This document shows positions 9,292 to 20,412 of a stretch of 64,000 bases of DNA, piece by piece. Numbering within the stretch: position 1 is the stretch's first letter; each line of letters begins with the position of its first letter. Origin of the DNA: Patescibacteria group bacterium. GTDB taxonomy: Bacteria > Patescibacteriota > Patescibacteriia > Buchananbacterales > UBA6539. The translations under genes were made by a program, and so were the position numbers. Where the stretch lies: contig JAVEXP010000002.1 in NCBI GenBank assembly GCA_034003985.1, forward strand, positions 11,206-75,205. The letters are read 5' to 3'. The notes beneath the pieces are model-generated. The model made no database searches and was not told the origin of the DNA. It saw only the letters and a list, made by a program, of their open reading frames with translations.

Positions 9292-10482
9292 ATGGCCGAT
9301 AAATTTGAACGAAGCAAACCTCATTTGAATGTCGGTACCATTGGTCATGTTGACCATGGTAAGACTACTTTGACGGCAGCTTTGTTAGCCTACCTCAACA
9401 AAAAGGGGATGAAAGCTTCAAACAAGTCCGTTGATCAAATTGATGGTGCTCCCGAAGAGCGTGAACGCGGTATTACCATTGCTACTGCCCATGTTGAGTA
9501 TGAAAGTGAAAACCGCCATTATGCCCATATTGACTGTCCGGGTCACGCCGACTATGTCAAAAATATGATCACTGGTGCAGCCCAGATGGATGGTGCGATT
9601 TTGGTTGTCGCTGCTACCGATGGTCCAATGCCTCAGACTCGTGAGCACATTCTTTTGGCTCATCAGGTTAATGTTCCGGCCATGGTTGTGTTTTTGAATA
9701 AAGTCGACCAGGTTAAAGATCCAGAACTAATTGACTTGGTTGAAGAAGAAGTTCGCGATTTGTTAAAGAAATATGAATTCCCGGGAGATGAAATCCCAGT
9801 CATTCGCGGTTCCGCTTTGAAAGCTTTGGAAAATCCGGAAGATCCGGAAGCTACCAAACCAATGGAAGAATTGGTCAAAGCTTTGGATGAATATATCCCT
9901 GAACCGGTTCGCGATACTGAAAAACCTTTCCTATTGCCGATTGAAGATATTTTCTCCATCGAAGGTCGCGGTACTGTTGCCACCGGCAGAATTGATCGTG
10001 GTATTATTAAGCTTAATGACGAAGTTGAAATCATTGGCTTGCGACCAACCCAAAAGACGGTTGTTACCGGTATTGAAATGTTTAACAAGTCTTTGGATGA
10101 GGGTCGGGCCGGTGATAATGCCGGTTTACTGTTGCGTGGCACCAAGAAGGATGATATTGAACGCGGTCAAATTTTGGCCAAGCCGGGCAGCATTACTCCT
10201 CATACTGAATTCGAAACCAAAACTTATATTTTGACCAAAGAAGAAGGTGGCCGACACAGTCCTTTCTTCAAGGGTTATAAGCCACAATTCTATATTGGCA
10301 CGGCTGATGTTACTGGTGATGTTGAATTGCCGGAAGGTACGGAAATGGTCATGCCTGGTGATACCGTTAACTTGAAGATCAAGTTAATCAAGCCAGTGGC
10401 TTTGGAACAGAATCAGCGATTTGCTATCCGCGAAGGTGGTCGAACTATCGGTGCTGGTGTAGTAACTAACATTACTAAGTAA
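9292..10482 (+). CDS. tuf: elongation factor Tu
   Basis: [25 protein letters not shown] motifs. 396 aa. Confidence 0.97.
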   Translation: MADKFERSKPHLNVGTIGHVDHGKTTLTAALLAYLNKKGMKASNKSVDQIDGAPEERERGITIATAHVEYESENRHYAHIDCPGHADYVKNMITGAAQMDGAILVVAATDGPMPQTREHILLAHQVNVPAMVVFLNKVDQVKDPELIDLVEEEVRDLLKKYEFPGDEIPVIRGSALKALENPEDPEATKPMEELVKALDEYIPEPVRDTEKPFLLPIEDIFSIEGRGTVATGRIDRGIIKLNDEVEIIGLRPTQKTVVTGIEMFNKSLDEGRAGDNAGLLLRGTKKDDIERGQILAKPGSITPHTEFETKTYILTKEEGGRHSPFFKGYKPQFYIGTADVTGDVELPEGTEMVMPGDTVNLKIKLIKPVALEQNQRFAIREGGRTIGAGVVTNITK

Positions 10483-10490
10483 ATGATTTA

Positions 10491-10515
10491 ATGCCCCCCG
10501 AATTTTTTCGGGGGG
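10491..10515 (+). terminator. GC-rich stem-loop (CCCCCCGAA-TTT-TTCGGGGGG) after tuf; candidate terminator/attenuator
   Basis: Read directly. The downstream T-run is weak. Confidence 0.4.
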
Positions 10516-10545
10516 CTTATCAATAAATAAAGTTCTTTCACGACC

Positions 10546-10911
10546 ATGGCAGCCATTAAAAGAATTCCAGTATCTTCCCACAAATCTGAGGATGCTGAAG
10601 AAATCAAGCAAAAAATTAGAATCAAAATTCGGGCCTACGATCATAAGATTATTGATCAGTCGACCAAGACGATTATTGATACGGTTGAACGGACCGGTGC
10701 CAGGTATTTGGGCCCGATTCCTTTGCCGACCGAAAAGAAGAAATATACTGTTTTAAAATCTTCTTTCGTCCATAAGGATTCCCGTGATCAGTACGAAATG
10801 CGGATTCACAAGCGATTGCTCGATATTCTGGAACCAACTCCTAAAACTGTTGATTCATTGCAGAATCTGAATTTGCCGGCCGGAGTTGATGTCGAAATCA
10901 AAATGGCGTAA
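10546..10911 (+). CDS. rpsJ: 30S ribosomal protein S10 (with about 18-aa N-terminal extension)
   Basis: [16 protein letters not shown]... matches the S10 core. Confidence 0.9.
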   Translation: MAAIKRIPVSSHKSEDAEEIKQKIRIKIRAYDHKIIDQSTKTIIDTVERTGARYLGPIPLPTEKKKYTVLKSSFVHKDSRDQYEMRIHKRLLDILEPTPKTVDSLQNLNLPAGVDVEIKMA

Positions 10912-11102
10912 AGTAAAATAATTTGTATATACCAAAAGTGGCGTTAAGGCAATAAAGAAAGCTTTCCCGACAAGTCGGGAAAAAACCTTTATCACCTCAG
11001 CCGTCCGCTTAAGGAGATTGAAAAAGCTAACTTAAATTAAGTCTACAATTTGCCAGCACTTTATCTGGCTATTTGAGGCAGATTTTTATTTTTAAATAAG
11101 GT

Positions 11103-11924
11103 ATGAAATTCATTTTGGCCGAAAAAAAAGAAATGACCCAGAAGTTCTCACCCGATGGAACCGTAATTCCGGTTACCCGCGTCGTGGCAGGACCTTGTTT
11201 TGTTACTCAAGCCAAGTCTGACAGCAAAGACGGTTATACTGCTGTGCAAATTGGTTTTGGCAACAAAAGAAAGTTGGCCAAACCCCTCAAAGGTCATGTT
11301 AAGAATCTTGGTAATTTTCGTTATCTTAAAGAATTTCGGATTGATGCCCAGGCTTTGGCGAACTTAAAAGTCGGTGATAAAATCACTGTTAATACTTTTG
11401 TCGCCGGCGATGTTGTCAAAGTTACCGGCACTAGCAAGGGCCGTGGTTTTCAGGGTGTTGTTAAGCGCCATGGTTTTCATGGCAGTCCCAAAACCCATGG
11501 TCATAAAGATCAATTGCGCATGTCTGGTTCTATCGGCGCTACCGGTCCGGCTCATGTTTTCAAAGGCACCAGAATGGGCGGTCAGATGGGCAACAGCCAA
11601 GTAACAGTCAAGAATTTGGAAATTGTTGAAGTTAATCCGGAAGCTAACGAAATTTTTATCAAAGGCGCTGTTCCCGGTTCCCGCAACAATCTTTTGCTAG
11701 TTTCGGGTGCGGGCGATATCATTATCGAACAAATTTCTGCTCCGGTAGCCAAGGAAGAACCAAAAGAAGAATCAGCGGCGGTTGAGACCGACAAGTCAGT
11801 TGAAAAAAATCCGGCCGAAGTCAAAGAAGCCATTGATACTGTTTCTGCCCAAGAAGTTGAAGGCTCGGTCAAAGAAGTTAAAAATGAAAATAATTCCACC
11901 GACCAGAAAGAAGAAACCAAATAA
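11103..11924 (+). CDS. rplC: 50S ribosomal protein L3 with about 65-aa acidic C-terminal extension
   Basis: L3 core (GFQGV, KGRGFQG) followed by a low-complexity E/K/S-rich tail. Confidence 0.9.
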   Translation: MKFILAEKKEMTQKFSPDGTVIPVTRVVAGPCFVTQAKSDSKDGYTAVQIGFGNKRKLAKPLKGHVKNLGNFRYLKEFRIDAQALANLKVGDKITVNTFVAGDVVKVTGTSKGRGFQGVVKRHGFHGSPKTHGHKDQLRMSGSIGATGPAHVFKGTRMGGQMGNSQVTVKNLEIVEVNPEANEIFIKGAVPGSRNNLLLVSGAGDIIIEQISAPVAKEEPKEESAAVETDKSVEKNPAEVKEAIDTVSAQEVEGSVKEVKNENNSTDQKEETK

Positions 11925-11926
11925 TT

Positions 11927-12628
11927 ATGTCGAAATTTCCCGTTTACAATTTTAAAGGTGAAAAAGTCAAAGAAGTGGATTTGAATCCGGCAATTTTTGG
12001 TTTAAAGATTAAGCCGGAATTAGTTCAACAGGCCGTCGTTATCCAACAGGCCAATAGCCGACAGGTTATTGCTCATGCTAAAGATCGCAGCGAAGTCTCC
12101 GGTGGCGGTCGCAAGCCTTGGCGTCAAAAGGGTACTGGTCGGGCCCGTCACGGTTCCAGTCGTTCACCAATTTGGCGCGGTGGTGGTATTACTTTTGGTC
12201 CAACCAAAGATCGTAATTTTTCGGTGAAGATGAATCAGAAAGCCAAGCAGAAAGCTTTGTTGATGACTTTATCCGACAAGGCTCATAACCAAAAGATTGT
12301 TTTAATTGATGAATTATCTTTGACTGAAGCCAAGACCAAGAAATTTTTAGAAATTTTACAGAATTTGAATTTACGACCTACTAAAAAATCAGTCAAAAAA
12401 GATAAAACCGAAACTGGAGAGAAAAAACAGCTAACCAAGAAGAATAATGCTGGTGTTTTGGTGGTTCTGCCGAAAAAAGATGAAGCGTTGGTTCGTTCAA
12501 TTCGTAATTTAGAAAAAGTCGATAGTATTATGGCTAACAGTCTTAATGTGATTGATGTTTTAAAGAAGCAGTATTTATTACTGCCTTTGGCCAGCATCAC
12601 CGAAATTGAAAAGACTTTTGTCAAATAA
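11927..12628 (+). CDS. rplD: 50S ribosomal protein L4 (lysine-rich internal/C-terminal insert)
   Basis: L4 core motifs (RKPWRQKGTGRAR). Confidence 0.9.
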   Translation: MSKFPVYNFKGEKVKEVDLNPAIFGLKIKPELVQQAVVIQQANSRQVIAHAKDRSEVSGGGRKPWRQKGTGRARHGSSRSPIWRGGGITFGPTKDRNFSVKMNQKAKQKALLMTLSDKAHNQKIVLIDELSLTEAKTKKFLEILQNLNLRPTKKSVKKDKTETGEKKQLTKKNNAGVLVVLPKKDEALVRSIRNLEKVDSIMANSLNVIDVLKKQYLLLPLASITEIEKTFVK

Positions 12629-12632
12629 ATCT

Positions 12633-13085
12633 ATGGGAATTTTAGATAAATTTAAATCCAAGAAACAAGAAGATCAGGAAAAGCAGCAGGTTCAAGCCAA
12701 AGCTTCCAAAATTCAGGAGCCAAAATCGGAAGTTAAGCCGGAAGTCAAAGTTCAACCTAAAAAGGCTGAAACCAAAGCCGGAGAAATCAAAGGCGCTTCC
12801 CGGCAGGCTTTTCGCGTTTTGGTTAAACCCTTGATTACCGAGAAAGCCACTGAGCTGGGGGTCGCCAATAAATATGTCTTTTCAGTTGATCCCAAGATGA
12901 ACAAGGTTGAAGTCAAAAAGGCAATTAGATCAATTTATAAAGTTGATCCAATCCAAGTTAATATTATGAATTTTTCCGGTAAGCGCGTTCGCTATGGCCG
13001 AGTTTACGGTTCAACCAAGGCCTGGAAGAAAGCGGTTGTTACTTTGAAACCGGGAGACAAAATTGAAGTTTACGAAGGAGTTTAA
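12633..13085 (+). CDS. rplW: 50S ribosomal protein L23 with lysine-rich N-terminal extension
   Basis: C-terminal L23 core (KPLITEKAT...VKYGR-like). Start taken at the ATG at 12633 (the ORF track begins at 12606). Confidence 0.85.
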   Translation: MGILDKFKSKKQEDQEKQQVQAKASKIQEPKSEVKPEVKVQPKKAETKAGEIKGASRQAFRVLVKPLITEKATELGVANKYVFSVDPKMNKVEVKKAIRSIYKVDPIQVNIMNFSGKRVRYGRVYGSTKAWKKAVVTLKPGDKIEVYEGV

Positions 13086-13090
13086 TTATT

Positions 13091-13936
13091 ATGGCAATTA
13101 AAGTTTACAAACCAACTACTCCCGCTCGCCGCCAGACTTCGGTTGATACTTTTGCCGACATCAATAAAAAGAAGCCGGAAAAGAAATTGATTAAAATCAA
13201 AAAGAAAACCGGCGGTCGCAATAATGAGGGTAAAATTACCGTTCGCCATCGGGGCGGGGGAGCCAAACAATATTATCGGCTGATTGATTATCGTCGTGAT
13301 AAGTTTGATATGCCTGCCACCGTTGAAGCGATTGAGTACGATCCAAACCGTCAAGCGCGAATTGCTTTATTGAAATACGAAGACGGCCAGAGGTCATATA
13401 TGATTGCGCCAGTTGATTTAAAGGCCGGTGATCAGGTAGTTTCTTCTAAAACCCGAACCGAGATTAAACCTGGTAATCGGATGCCGTTGGAACATTTGCC
13501 TTTGGGTTCAATTATTTATAATATTGAAGTTGTTCCGGGCAAAGGCGCTCAGCTGGTTAGAACCGCTGGTTCAACTGCCAAATTGATGGCGGTGGAAGGC
13601 AAATACGCGACTGTCCGAATGCCGTCTGGCGAAGTTCGCTTGATTCCCAAAGAAGCTAGTGCAACCATCGGTCAGGTTTCTAATCCGGATTCAATGCATA
13701 TTAGAATCGGCAAAGCCGGTCGGATGCGCCATATGGGTATTCGTCCAACCGTTCGCGGTAAAGTTATGAACCCGGTAGATCATCCTCATGGTGGTGGTGA
13801 AGGTCATAACCCAATTGGTATGAAGGCGCCAAAAACTCCTTGGGGTAAAAAGGCCCTGGGTGTTAAAACCAGGAAGAATAATAAATATTCAGATAAATTC
13901 ATTGTTCGCAGTCGTCGCCAGAAGCGTCGCAAATAA
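13091..13936 (+). CDS. rplB: 50S ribosomal protein L2
   Basis: L2 signatures ([14 protein letters not shown]). Confidence 0.95.
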   Translation: MAIKVYKPTTPARRQTSVDTFADINKKKPEKKLIKIKKKTGGRNNEGKITVRHRGGGAKQYYRLIDYRRDKFDMPATVEAIEYDPNRQARIALLKYEDGQRSYMIAPVDLKAGDQVVSSKTRTEIKPGNRMPLEHLPLGSIIYNIEVVPGKGAQLVRTAGSTAKLMAVEGKYATVRMPSGEVRLIPKEASATIGQVSNPDSMHIRIGKAGRMRHMGIRPTVRGKVMNPVDHPHGGGEGHNPIGMKAPKTPWGKKALGVKTRKNNKYSDKFIVRSRRQKRRK

Positions 13937-13947
13937 TTTTATAATTT

Positions 13948-14289
13948 ATGTCAAGAAGTCTAAAAAAAGGTCCATATATCAACGAACGGTTGCTCAAAAA
14001 GCTTAAGGATGTTAAAGTTGGCAGTGGCGTAATGGTTAAAACTTGGGATCGAGCTTGTATGATTACCCCCGAGATGGTTGGGCATACTATTGGTGTCCAT
14101 AACGGCCGGATTCATGTGCCGGTATTGGTGGTGGAAAATATGGTTGGCCACCGGTTGGGTGAATTTGCGCCAACCCGGAAATTTATCGTCCATGGCGGTA
14201 AGATTGCTAAGGAACAGCAGCGCGCTGCTGCTCAAAAAGCTTCGGATGATCGCAAAAAAGCCCAAGCTGATGCTACTCAAAAGAAATAA
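13948..14289 (+). CDS. rpsS: 30S ribosomal protein S19 with C-terminal basic extension
   Basis: [10 protein letters not shown]... S19 consensus. Confidence 0.9.
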   Translation: MSRSLKKGPYINERLLKKLKDVKVGSGVMVKTWDRACMITPEMVGHTIGVHNGRIHVPVLVVENMVGHRLGEFAPTRKFIVHGGKIAKEQQRAAAQKASDDRKKAQADATQKK

Positions 14290-14297
14290 TTATTATC

Positions 14298-14963
14298 ATG
14301 ACTGAACAAACCAAGAAAACTGAAAAGCCAAAGAAGCAGGTTGATGCTAAATCAGCTAAGGTTAATGTTGCTAAGACTGCCAGAGCCGCCAAGCCGAAAA
14401 TCGACAAGGTTGTTAAGCCAAAAAAAGTTGAAGCCAAAAATGTGATTACCGAAGTTAGGGCTAGTGCCAAATTTATCAGAATTGCTCCCCGAAAAGTCAG
14501 ATTGGTGGTCAAGCCTTTGAATGGTTATAATGTCGATGATGCTTTGGCTCAATTGAAGTTTATTGTTAAGGCCGCCTCTAGAGATGTGACAAAATTGATT
14601 AATTCCGCCATTGCTAATGCGGAAAACAATTTTAATTTGGATCGTAAGGATTTATATATTAAAAGCTTGGTAGTTAACGATGGTCCGACTTTAAAGCGTT
14701 ACCGCCCGCGGGCTCATGGTCGCTCAGCGGCTATTCGCAAACGAACCAGTCACATTGATTTGATTTTGGGTGTTGCTGCCGGTGCCAAGTTGGTAGCCAA
14801 GCCAGCCGCCAAGCCAGCCGCCAAGAAAGAAGAAATTAAGGTTGTTAATCCTGACGAAGTTGCCAAATCTGGTCCAAAGTCGGGCGGCCCTAAAGCACCA
14901 TCAGAACAGGGTCATGATTCGCAAGGGTTTTTAAAAGGTATTTTTCAACGTAAAACTGGTTAA
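14298..14963 (+). CDS. rplV: 50S ribosomal protein L22 with K-rich N- and C-terminal extensions
   Basis: L22 core ARFIRIAPRKVRLVV. 221 aa, where a typical L22 is about 110 aa. Confidence 0.85.
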   Translation: MTEQTKKTEKPKKQVDAKSAKVNVAKTARAAKPKIDKVVKPKKVEAKNVITEVRASAKFIRIAPRKVRLVVKPLNGYNVDDALAQLKFIVKAASRDVTKLINSAIANAENNFNLDRKDLYIKSLVVNDGPTLKRYRPRAHGRSAAIRKRTSHIDLILGVAAGAKLVAKPAAKPAAKKEEIKVVNPDEVAKSGPKSGGPKAPSEQGHDSQGFLKGIFQRKTG

Positions 14964-14968
14964 AAATT

Positions 14969-15652
14969 ATGGGACAAAAAGTACATCCAAAAGCATTCAG
15001 ACTCGGCGAACTGTATAGTTGGGATTCCAAATGGTTTTCCCGCCAAAACTATGCCAAGTTTTTGCAGGAAGATTTAACCATTAAGAAATTTTTAAAGCGG
15101 GAATTGAAAGAAGCGTCGGTGGCACGAGTTGAAATTGAACGGACGCCCGCGGCAACTACTATCATTATCCATTCTGCCAAGCCGGGAATTATCATTGGCC
15201 GCGGCGGTCAGGGTGTTGAAGATTTAAAGAAAAAAATTAAAGCCAAATCTTTGGCCCCCAAAGCCAGTCTTAATATTAATATCCAAGAAGTCGCCAATCC
15301 CAATATTTGTGCCGAGTTGGTGCTGCAGTCAATGATTGCTGATATTGAAAAGCGTATGCCTTTTCGGCGGGTAATGAAACAGGCTATTGCGCGAGTTAGC
15401 AAGACCGATGCCAAGGGAATCAAGGTAATAATTTCGGGCCGGTTGAACGGTGCGGAAATCGCCCGGTCTGAAACTTTGACAACCGGCAGTTTGCCGCTTC
15501 ACACTTTGCGGGCCGACATTGATTACGCGCGTGGCGTTGCTCGGACAACTTATGGGGCAATCGGTATTAAAGTTTGGATTTATAAAGGCGAAGTTTTTAA
15601 AAAAGATTTAGATAAGAATCAACAGACTAATAATCAATCAACCAAGAAATAA
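14969..15652 (+). CDS. rpsC: 30S ribosomal protein S3
   Basis: MGQKVHPKAFRLG... S3 consensus with KH domain. Confidence 0.95.
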   Translation: MGQKVHPKAFRLGELYSWDSKWFSRQNYAKFLQEDLTIKKFLKRELKEASVARVEIERTPAATTIIIHSAKPGIIIGRGGQGVEDLKKKIKAKSLAPKASLNINIQEVANPNICAELVLQSMIADIEKRMPFRRVMKQAIARVSKTDAKGIKVIISGRLNGAEIARSETLTTGSLPLHTLRADIDYARGVARTTYGAIGIKVWIYKGEVFKKDLDKNQQTNNQSTKK

Positions 15653-15660
15653 TTTAAGAT

Positions 15661-16065
15661 ATGTTGTCACCAAGGAAAATGAAACATCGCAAAAGCTTTA
15701 AAGGCAAACTGACCGGTAAGGCGACAGCCAAAACCGAAGTGAGTTTTGGTAAATTCGGACTTAAGGCTTTGGGTAATACTTGGTTAACTGCCCGGCAAAT
15801 TGAGTCGGCGCGGCGTGCTATGACCCGATTTATCAAACGCGGCGGCAAAATTTGGATTAGAGTTTTTCCCGATGTACCAGTTACTAAAAAGGGTGAGCAA
15901 TCCACTATGGGCTCGGGCAAGGGGGCGGTTGATCATTATATTGCGGTTATTAAACCAGGCATGATCTTGTTTGAAATGGATGGAGTTCCCGAAGACAAAG
16001 CCAGAGAAGCAATGCGTTTAGCTGCTCATAAATTGCCGGTCAAAACTAGTTTTATTATCAAGTAA
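15661..16065 (+). CDS. rplP: 50S ribosomal protein L16
   Basis: [11 protein letters not shown]... L16 consensus. Confidence 0.95.
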   Translation: MLSPRKMKHRKSFKGKLTGKATAKTEVSFGKFGLKALGNTWLTARQIESARRAMTRFIKRGGKIWIRVFPDVPVTKKGEQSTMGSGKGAVDHYIAVIKPGMILFEMDGVPEDKAREAMRLAAHKLPVKTSFIIK

Positions 16066-16068
16066 ATT

Positions 16069-16302
16069 ATGAAATTCAAAGAATTAAAAAATAAAGGTGA
16101 ACAGGAACTACGAAAGATTTTAAACGATCTTCAGCACAGCGTGCGGGAATTGCGTTTTAAGGTTGCCAATGATCAACTTAAAAATGTTCGCCAAGTTCGG
16201 GAAGCCAAAAAAACCATCGCTCGCATTCAGACTTTGTTGAATTCCAAATTGGCTGGCACCAAACTTGCCGACAATCAAACTGATAGTAATGAAGTCAAAT
16301 AA
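16069..16302 (+). CDS. rpmC: 50S ribosomal protein L29
   Basis: Size, coiled-coil character and position between L16 and S17. Confidence 0.85.
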   Translation: MKFKELKNKGEQELRKILNDLQHSVRELRFKVANDQLKNVRQVREAKKTIARIQTLLNSKLAGTKLADNQTDSNEVK

Positions 16303-16307
16303 TTAAT

Positions 16308-16568
16308 ATGTCTAATCAAGAAATTAAAAAGGTTAATCAGCGAAAATTACAGGGTGTTGTTTCTTCCGCCAAGGGTAATAAGACTATTGTGGTTGATGTG
16401 GTCAGAACCAAGCTTCATCCGAAATATTTAAAGCGTTTTACCGTGACCAAGAAATATCATGTTCATGATGAAAAGAACGAATTTCAGGTTGGCGATAAAG
16501 TTACATTTGTCGCTTGTCGACCTCTGAGTAAGACTAAAACCTGGCGCGCGGTATCTAAGAATTCTTAA
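16308..16568 (+). CDS. rpsQ: 30S ribosomal protein S17
   Basis: S17 OB-fold consensus ([13 protein letters not shown]). Confidence 0.9.
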   Translation: MSNQEIKKVNQRKLQGVVSSAKGNKTIVVDVVRTKLHPKYLKRFTVTKKYHVHDEKNEFQVGDKVTFVACRPLSKTKTWRAVSKNS

Positions 16569-16578
16569 TTTTCTAGCC

Positions 16579-16950
16579 ATGATTCAAGCTCGAACAATGT
16601 TAAAAGTTGCAGACAATACCGGTGCCAAGAAATTGCAGTGTATTAAGGTTTTGGGTGGCAATAAAAAACGCTACGCCAGAATTGGCGATGTTATTACCGT
16701 TTCGGTTAAAGAAGCCGTTCCTCACAGTTCGGTTAAAAAAGGCGAGGTTTTGCATGCGGTAATTGTCCGGACCCATAAAGAAATTGCCCGACCAGATGGT
16801 TCTTATGTCAGGTTTGATGATAACGCCGGGGTAATTATCGACAAAAAATCTAAAGAACCTAAAGGTACCCGGATTTTTGGTCCGGTGGCTCGGGAACTGC
16901 GAGGCAGAGGTTATAATAAAATAATTTCTTTAGCCCCGGAAGTATTGTAA
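16579..16950 (+). CDS. rplN: 50S ribosomal protein L14
   Basis: [18 protein letters not shown]... L14 consensus. Confidence 0.95.
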   Translation: MIQARTMLKVADNTGAKKLQCIKVLGGNKKRYARIGDVITVSVKEAVPHSSVKKGEVLHAVIVRTHKEIARPDGSYVRFDDNAGVIIDKKSKEPKGTRIFGPVARELRGRGYNKIISLAPEVL

Positions 16951-16959
16951 AGTAAAACT

Positions 16960-17271
16960 ATGAATATTAAGAAAGGCGACAAAGTAAAAGTTTTAACCGG
17001 TAAAGACAAAGGTAAAGTTGGAAAAGTCTTGCAGGTTTTTAATAAAAAAGATAAAGTTTCGGTTGAAGGCGCCAATTTGTTGTATAAGAATATGCGGCCC
17101 AAGAAGCAGGGTGAAAAAGGCCAGCGGATTCAGTTTCCCGCCGCGGTCAAAGTTTCCAATCTTGCTCTGGTTTGTCCCAAATGCGGTAAAACTACCAGAG
17201 TCGCTTATCAAATTTTGGATAATAATAAAAAGGTCAGAATTTGTAAAAAATGTAAGGAAATAATTAGCTAG
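16960..17271 (+). CDS. rplX: 50S ribosomal protein L24
   Basis: KKGDKVKVLTGKDKGKVGKV KOW motif. Confidence 0.9.
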   Translation: MNIKKGDKVKVLTGKDKGKVGKVLQVFNKKDKVSVEGANLLYKNMRPKKQGEKGQRIQFPAAVKVSNLALVCPKCGKTTRVAYQILDNNKKVRICKKCKEIIS

Positions 17272-17273
17272 TT

Positions 17274-17813
17274 ATGAATAGTTTAAAGGAAAAATATCAA
17301 AAAGAGATTTTGCCAGCCTTAAAAAAAGAATTTGGCTATGTTAACAATTTGGCTGTTCCTAAAATTGAAAAAGTAATTGTCAATATTGGTGCGGGTCAAG
17401 GTTTAAAGGATCCAAAGTTTAACGAAGTGGCCGAAGATACTCTGCGTCGGATTACTGGTCAAAAGCCGGTCAAGACGGTTGCTAAGAAATCAATTTCCAA
17501 TTTTAAAATCAGAGAAGGCTTGGTAGTCGGGATGATGGTTACTTTGCGCGGTGAGCGGATGTGGGATTTTATTGACAAGTTAATCAATGTTACTTTGCCT
17601 CGGATCCGCGACTTTCGTGGTTTGGATCCGAAATCAATTGATCCGCAAGGTAATTTGAGTTTAGGATTCAAAGAACATATTTCTTTTCCGGAAATCAAAT
17701 CCGATGAGGTCGAAAAGATTCATGGTTTACAAGTCACCGTTGTTACTACTGCCAAGGACCAAACATCGGGACTGGCTTTATTGAGCGCGTTAGGTTTTCC
17801 ATTTCGTAAATAA
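17274..17813 (+). CDS. rplE: 50S ribosomal protein L5
   Basis: L5 consensus. 179 aa. Confidence 0.95.
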   Translation: MNSLKEKYQKEILPALKKEFGYVNNLAVPKIEKVIVNIGAGQGLKDPKFNEVAEDTLRRITGQKPVKTVAKKSISNFKIREGLVVGMMVTLRGERMWDFIDKLINVTLPRIRDFRGLDPKSIDPQGNLSLGFKEHISFPEIKSDEVEKIHGLQVTVVTTAKDQTSGLALLSALGFPFRK

Positions 17814-17819
17814 TTTTTT

Positions 17820-18005
17820 ATGGCAACAGAAGCAAAAATTGTAAAATCTAAGAAAAAACCTAAGTATTCCACCAGGATTGTTCATCGTTGCTGGCGCTGC
17901 GGTCGAACCCGCGGCTATATGGGTGATTTTAATCTTTGCCGCATTTGTTTTAGGGAATTAGCCAGTAATGGTCAAATCCCAGGTGTGAAGAAATCTAGTT
18001 GGTAA
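17820..18005 (+). CDS. rpsN: 30S ribosomal protein S14 type Z (zinc-binding)
   Basis: 61 aa with CWRCGR...CRIC cysteine pairs. Confidence 0.9.
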   Translation: MATEAKIVKSKKKPKYSTRIVHRCWRCGRTRGYMGDFNLCRICFRELASNGQIPGVKKSSW

Positions 18006-18027
18006 TAAATAATTTTAGTTTGACACT

Positions 18028-18429
18028 ATGACCGATCCAATCGCCGACATGCTTACCAGAATCCGCAATGCCCAGGCCGCCGCTAAGCCTGAAGTGGTTT
18101 TACCTTTCTCCAAAATTAAATTTGCAATTGCTGAAATTCTTCAGCAGAATGGTTATATTAAAAAAGTCACTCGTCTGGAAGCCGGTAAACAGGATAGTAA
18201 ATTCGACCAGCTTAAATTAGAATTGAAATATTCGGGCAAAGAACCGGCGATCGCCAGCTTAAAGCGAATCAGCAAACCCGGACACCGGGTTTATGTCGCC
18301 AAGGAGGAACTGCCTTCGGTTTTAAATAATTTAGGCATTGCCATTATTTCCACTTCTAAGGGTCTAATGACGAACAAAGAAGCTAGAAAACAGAATCTTG
18401 GTGGTGAAATAATTTGTGAAATTTATTAA
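18028..18429 (+). CDS. rpsH: 30S ribosomal protein S8
   Basis: [15 protein letters not shown]... S8 consensus. Confidence 0.95.
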   Translation: MTDPIADMLTRIRNAQAAAKPEVVLPFSKIKFAIAEILQQNGYIKKVTRLEAGKQDSKFDQLKLELKYSGKEPAIASLKRISKPGHRVYVAKEELPSVLNNLGIAIISTSKGLMTNKEARKQNLGGEIICEIY

Positions 18430-18431
18430 TT

Positions 18432-18980
18432 ATGAGCAGAATCGGCAAACAACATATTGAAGTTCCCCAAGGAGTCGAAGTTAAGTTGGACAATGGCTTT
18501 ATTGTGGTCAAGGGTCCGAAAGGTGAATTGCGCCAAGCCATTCATCCTAAAGTCAAGGTTATCAAAACGGATCAGGAAATTACGGTTTCAGTAAATAACC
18601 CCGAAGAAAAATTACAGCGATCTTTATGGGGGCTTTTCCAGCGCTTAATTGGCAATATGGTTACCGGCGTTACCAAAGGTTTTGAAAAGAAATTGGAAGT
18701 CAATGGTGTTGGCTATAAGGCCGCCGTCAAGGGCAAAGTTTTGGAATTGCAGTTGGGTTATTCTCATCCGATTGAGTATAAATTTCCCGAAGGTATTGAG
18801 ATTACCGTGGAAAAGAACGCCATTACTGTTTTTGGCGCCGACAAGCAGATTGTTGGTCAGACGGCAGCTGAAATCAGATCATTCAGAAAACCCGAACCTT
18901 ACAAAGGCAAGGGAATCAAATACGCTGATGAAGTAATTAGACGCAAGGCCGGCAAAGCTGCGGCCAAGGCGGGTAAATAA
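18432..18980 (+). CDS. rplF: 50S ribosomal protein L6
   Basis: MSRIGKQHIEVPQGVEV... L6 consensus. Confidence 0.95.
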   Translation: MSRIGKQHIEVPQGVEVKLDNGFIVVKGPKGELRQAIHPKVKVIKTDQEITVSVNNPEEKLQRSLWGLFQRLIGNMVTGVTKGFEKKLEVNGVGYKAAVKGKVLELQLGYSHPIEYKFPEGIEITVEKNAITVFGADKQIVGQTAAEIRSFRKPEPYKGKGIKYADEVIRRKAGKAAAKAGK

Positions 18981-18989
18981 TTTTAATTT

Positions 18990-19343
18990 ATGTCCGATTT
19001 AAAACATAAACAACAACGAAAGATTCGCCGCAAAAAAAGAGTGCGCGCCAAAATTAGCGGTACGGCCAGTAAACCACGGCTTAATGTTTTTCGCAGTTTA
19101 AAACATCTCTATGTTCAACTGATCGATGATCAAGCTGGCAAAACCTTGGTGGCCGTTAAAGATTCGGAAATCAAAGATCAGGGAACTAAGACTGAGTTGG
19201 CGGCCAAGGTTGGGGAGCTACTTGCCAAAAAAGCTCAAGCGGCCGGAATCATTGATGTTGTTTTTGATAAATCCAGTTCTAAATATCATGGTCGGGTCAA
19301 GGCCGTAGCCGACGGCGCCAGACAAGCAGGCCTAAAGTTTTAA
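18990..19343 (+). CDS. rplR: 50S ribosomal protein L18
   Basis: L18 consensus and position. Confidence 0.9.
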   Translation: MSDLKHKQQRKIRRKKRVRAKISGTASKPRLNVFRSLKHLYVQLIDDQAGKTLVAVKDSEIKDQGTKTELAAKVGELLAKKAQAAGIIDVVFDKSSSKYHGRVKAVADGARQAGLKF

Positions 19344-19347
19344 TATT

Positions 19348-19908
19348 ATGGCAGAAGTTACTATCAAAAAAGTGAAAACCGAACGATCAAGACGACAACC
19401 AGTCGAAAAAGATTTTGACCAGACGATTATTGATATTGCCAGAGTTACCCGGGTCATGGCCGGAGGCAAGCGGATGCGTTTTCGGGCTTGCGTGGTAATC
19501 GGTGATCGGAAAGGGAAAGTCGGTTCGGCGATTGCCAAGGGCGCCGATGTGACTTTGGCAGTCAATAAGGCCGTAACCAAGGCCAAAAAGAATCTGATTT
19601 ATGTTCCGATTATTAATGACACCATTCCTCATGAAATCTCGGTGAAATATAAAGCCGCTAAAATTTTGTTGAAACCGGCTCCCAAAGGTACTGGGATTAT
19701 CGCCGGCGGCGCGGTTCGGATGGTTTTGGATTTGTCCGGTGTCTCCAATATTGTTGCCAAAATTTTGGGAACCAACAATAAGATTAATAATGTTCAGGCT
19801 ACTTTGAAAGCTTTAAGCATGCTTAAACGGGTTGAGCCAAAAAAATCAGCCATCAAGAAGATGGACAAAGTTGAGCCAAAGAAAGTTAAATCCGAAGAGA
19901 AAAAATAA
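19348..19908 (+). CDS. rpsE: 30S ribosomal protein S5 with C-terminal extension; no rpmD (L30) follows
   Basis: S5 core (RVTRVMAGGKRMRFRA). The next gene is rplO, with only a 10-nt spacer. Confidence 0.9.
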   Translation: MAEVTIKKVKTERSRRQPVEKDFDQTIIDIARVTRVMAGGKRMRFRACVVIGDRKGKVGSAIAKGADVTLAVNKAVTKAKKNLIYVPIINDTIPHEISVKYKAAKILLKPAPKGTGIIAGGAVRMVLDLSGVSNIVAKILGTNNKINNVQATLKALSMLKRVEPKKSAIKKMDKVEPKKVKSEEKK

Positions 19909-19917
19909 GCAAATATT

Positions 19918-20391
19918 ATGGCCGAATTGAGTTTAAACAATTTAAAAGTAAGCGAAGGTTCAAATCGTAAATCCAAACGCCTCGGTCGCGGTAATGCTTC
20001 GGGCAAAGGGACTTACAGTGCGCGCGGTCTTAAGGGTCAGCGCGCTCGGTCCGGCGGTCGCGGCGGTTTAAAGCGGCGCGGTTTAAACCAGCTCTTGCGT
20101 AATAAACCAAAATTGGGGGGCTTTAAATCCTTGCAGCCAAAACCGGAAGTTGTTAATTTAGAAGATTTGCAGCAGCATTTTGCCGATGGCGAACTGGTCA
20201 ACCCTAAGAATTTGTTGGCTAAAAAATTAATTAAAACCGTTAAACCTGGAGTTAAAATTTTGGGCCAGGGCAAACTGACCAAAAAATTAAATGTTAAGGC
20301 TAATAGTTTTTCAGAATCGGCAAAAAAAGTTATAATGGAAGCAGGTGGCAGTGTTCAACTCATTACCAAGGTTAAAAAATCTTCCAAATAA
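19918..20391 (+). CDS. rplO: 50S ribosomal protein L15
   Basis: L15 consensus (GRGNASGKGTYSARGLKGQ). Confidence 0.9.
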   Translation: MAELSLNNLKVSEGSNRKSKRLGRGNASGKGTYSARGLKGQRARSGGRGGLKRRGLNQLLRNKPKLGGFKSLQPKPEVVNLEDLQQHFADGELVNPKNLLAKKLIKTVKPGVKILGQGKLTKKLNVKANSFSESAKKVIMEAGGSVQLITKVKKSSK

Positions 20392-20412
20392 ATCTCTGAA
20401 TTTTTTCGGAAT

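Noticed and set aside
6656-10644. Antisense and alternate-frame ORFs within fusA and tuf (for example 7937..8545 minus, 9663..10145 minus)
   Set aside because: Shadow ORFs inside highly conserved, confidently identified genes.
10921-11100. Stem-loop CTTTCCCGACAAGTCGGGAAAAAACC in the rpsJ-rplC spacer as a terminator
   Set aside because: The hairpin is followed by an A-run, not a T-run, on the coding strand. It may be a leader or attenuator structure but cannot be assigned.
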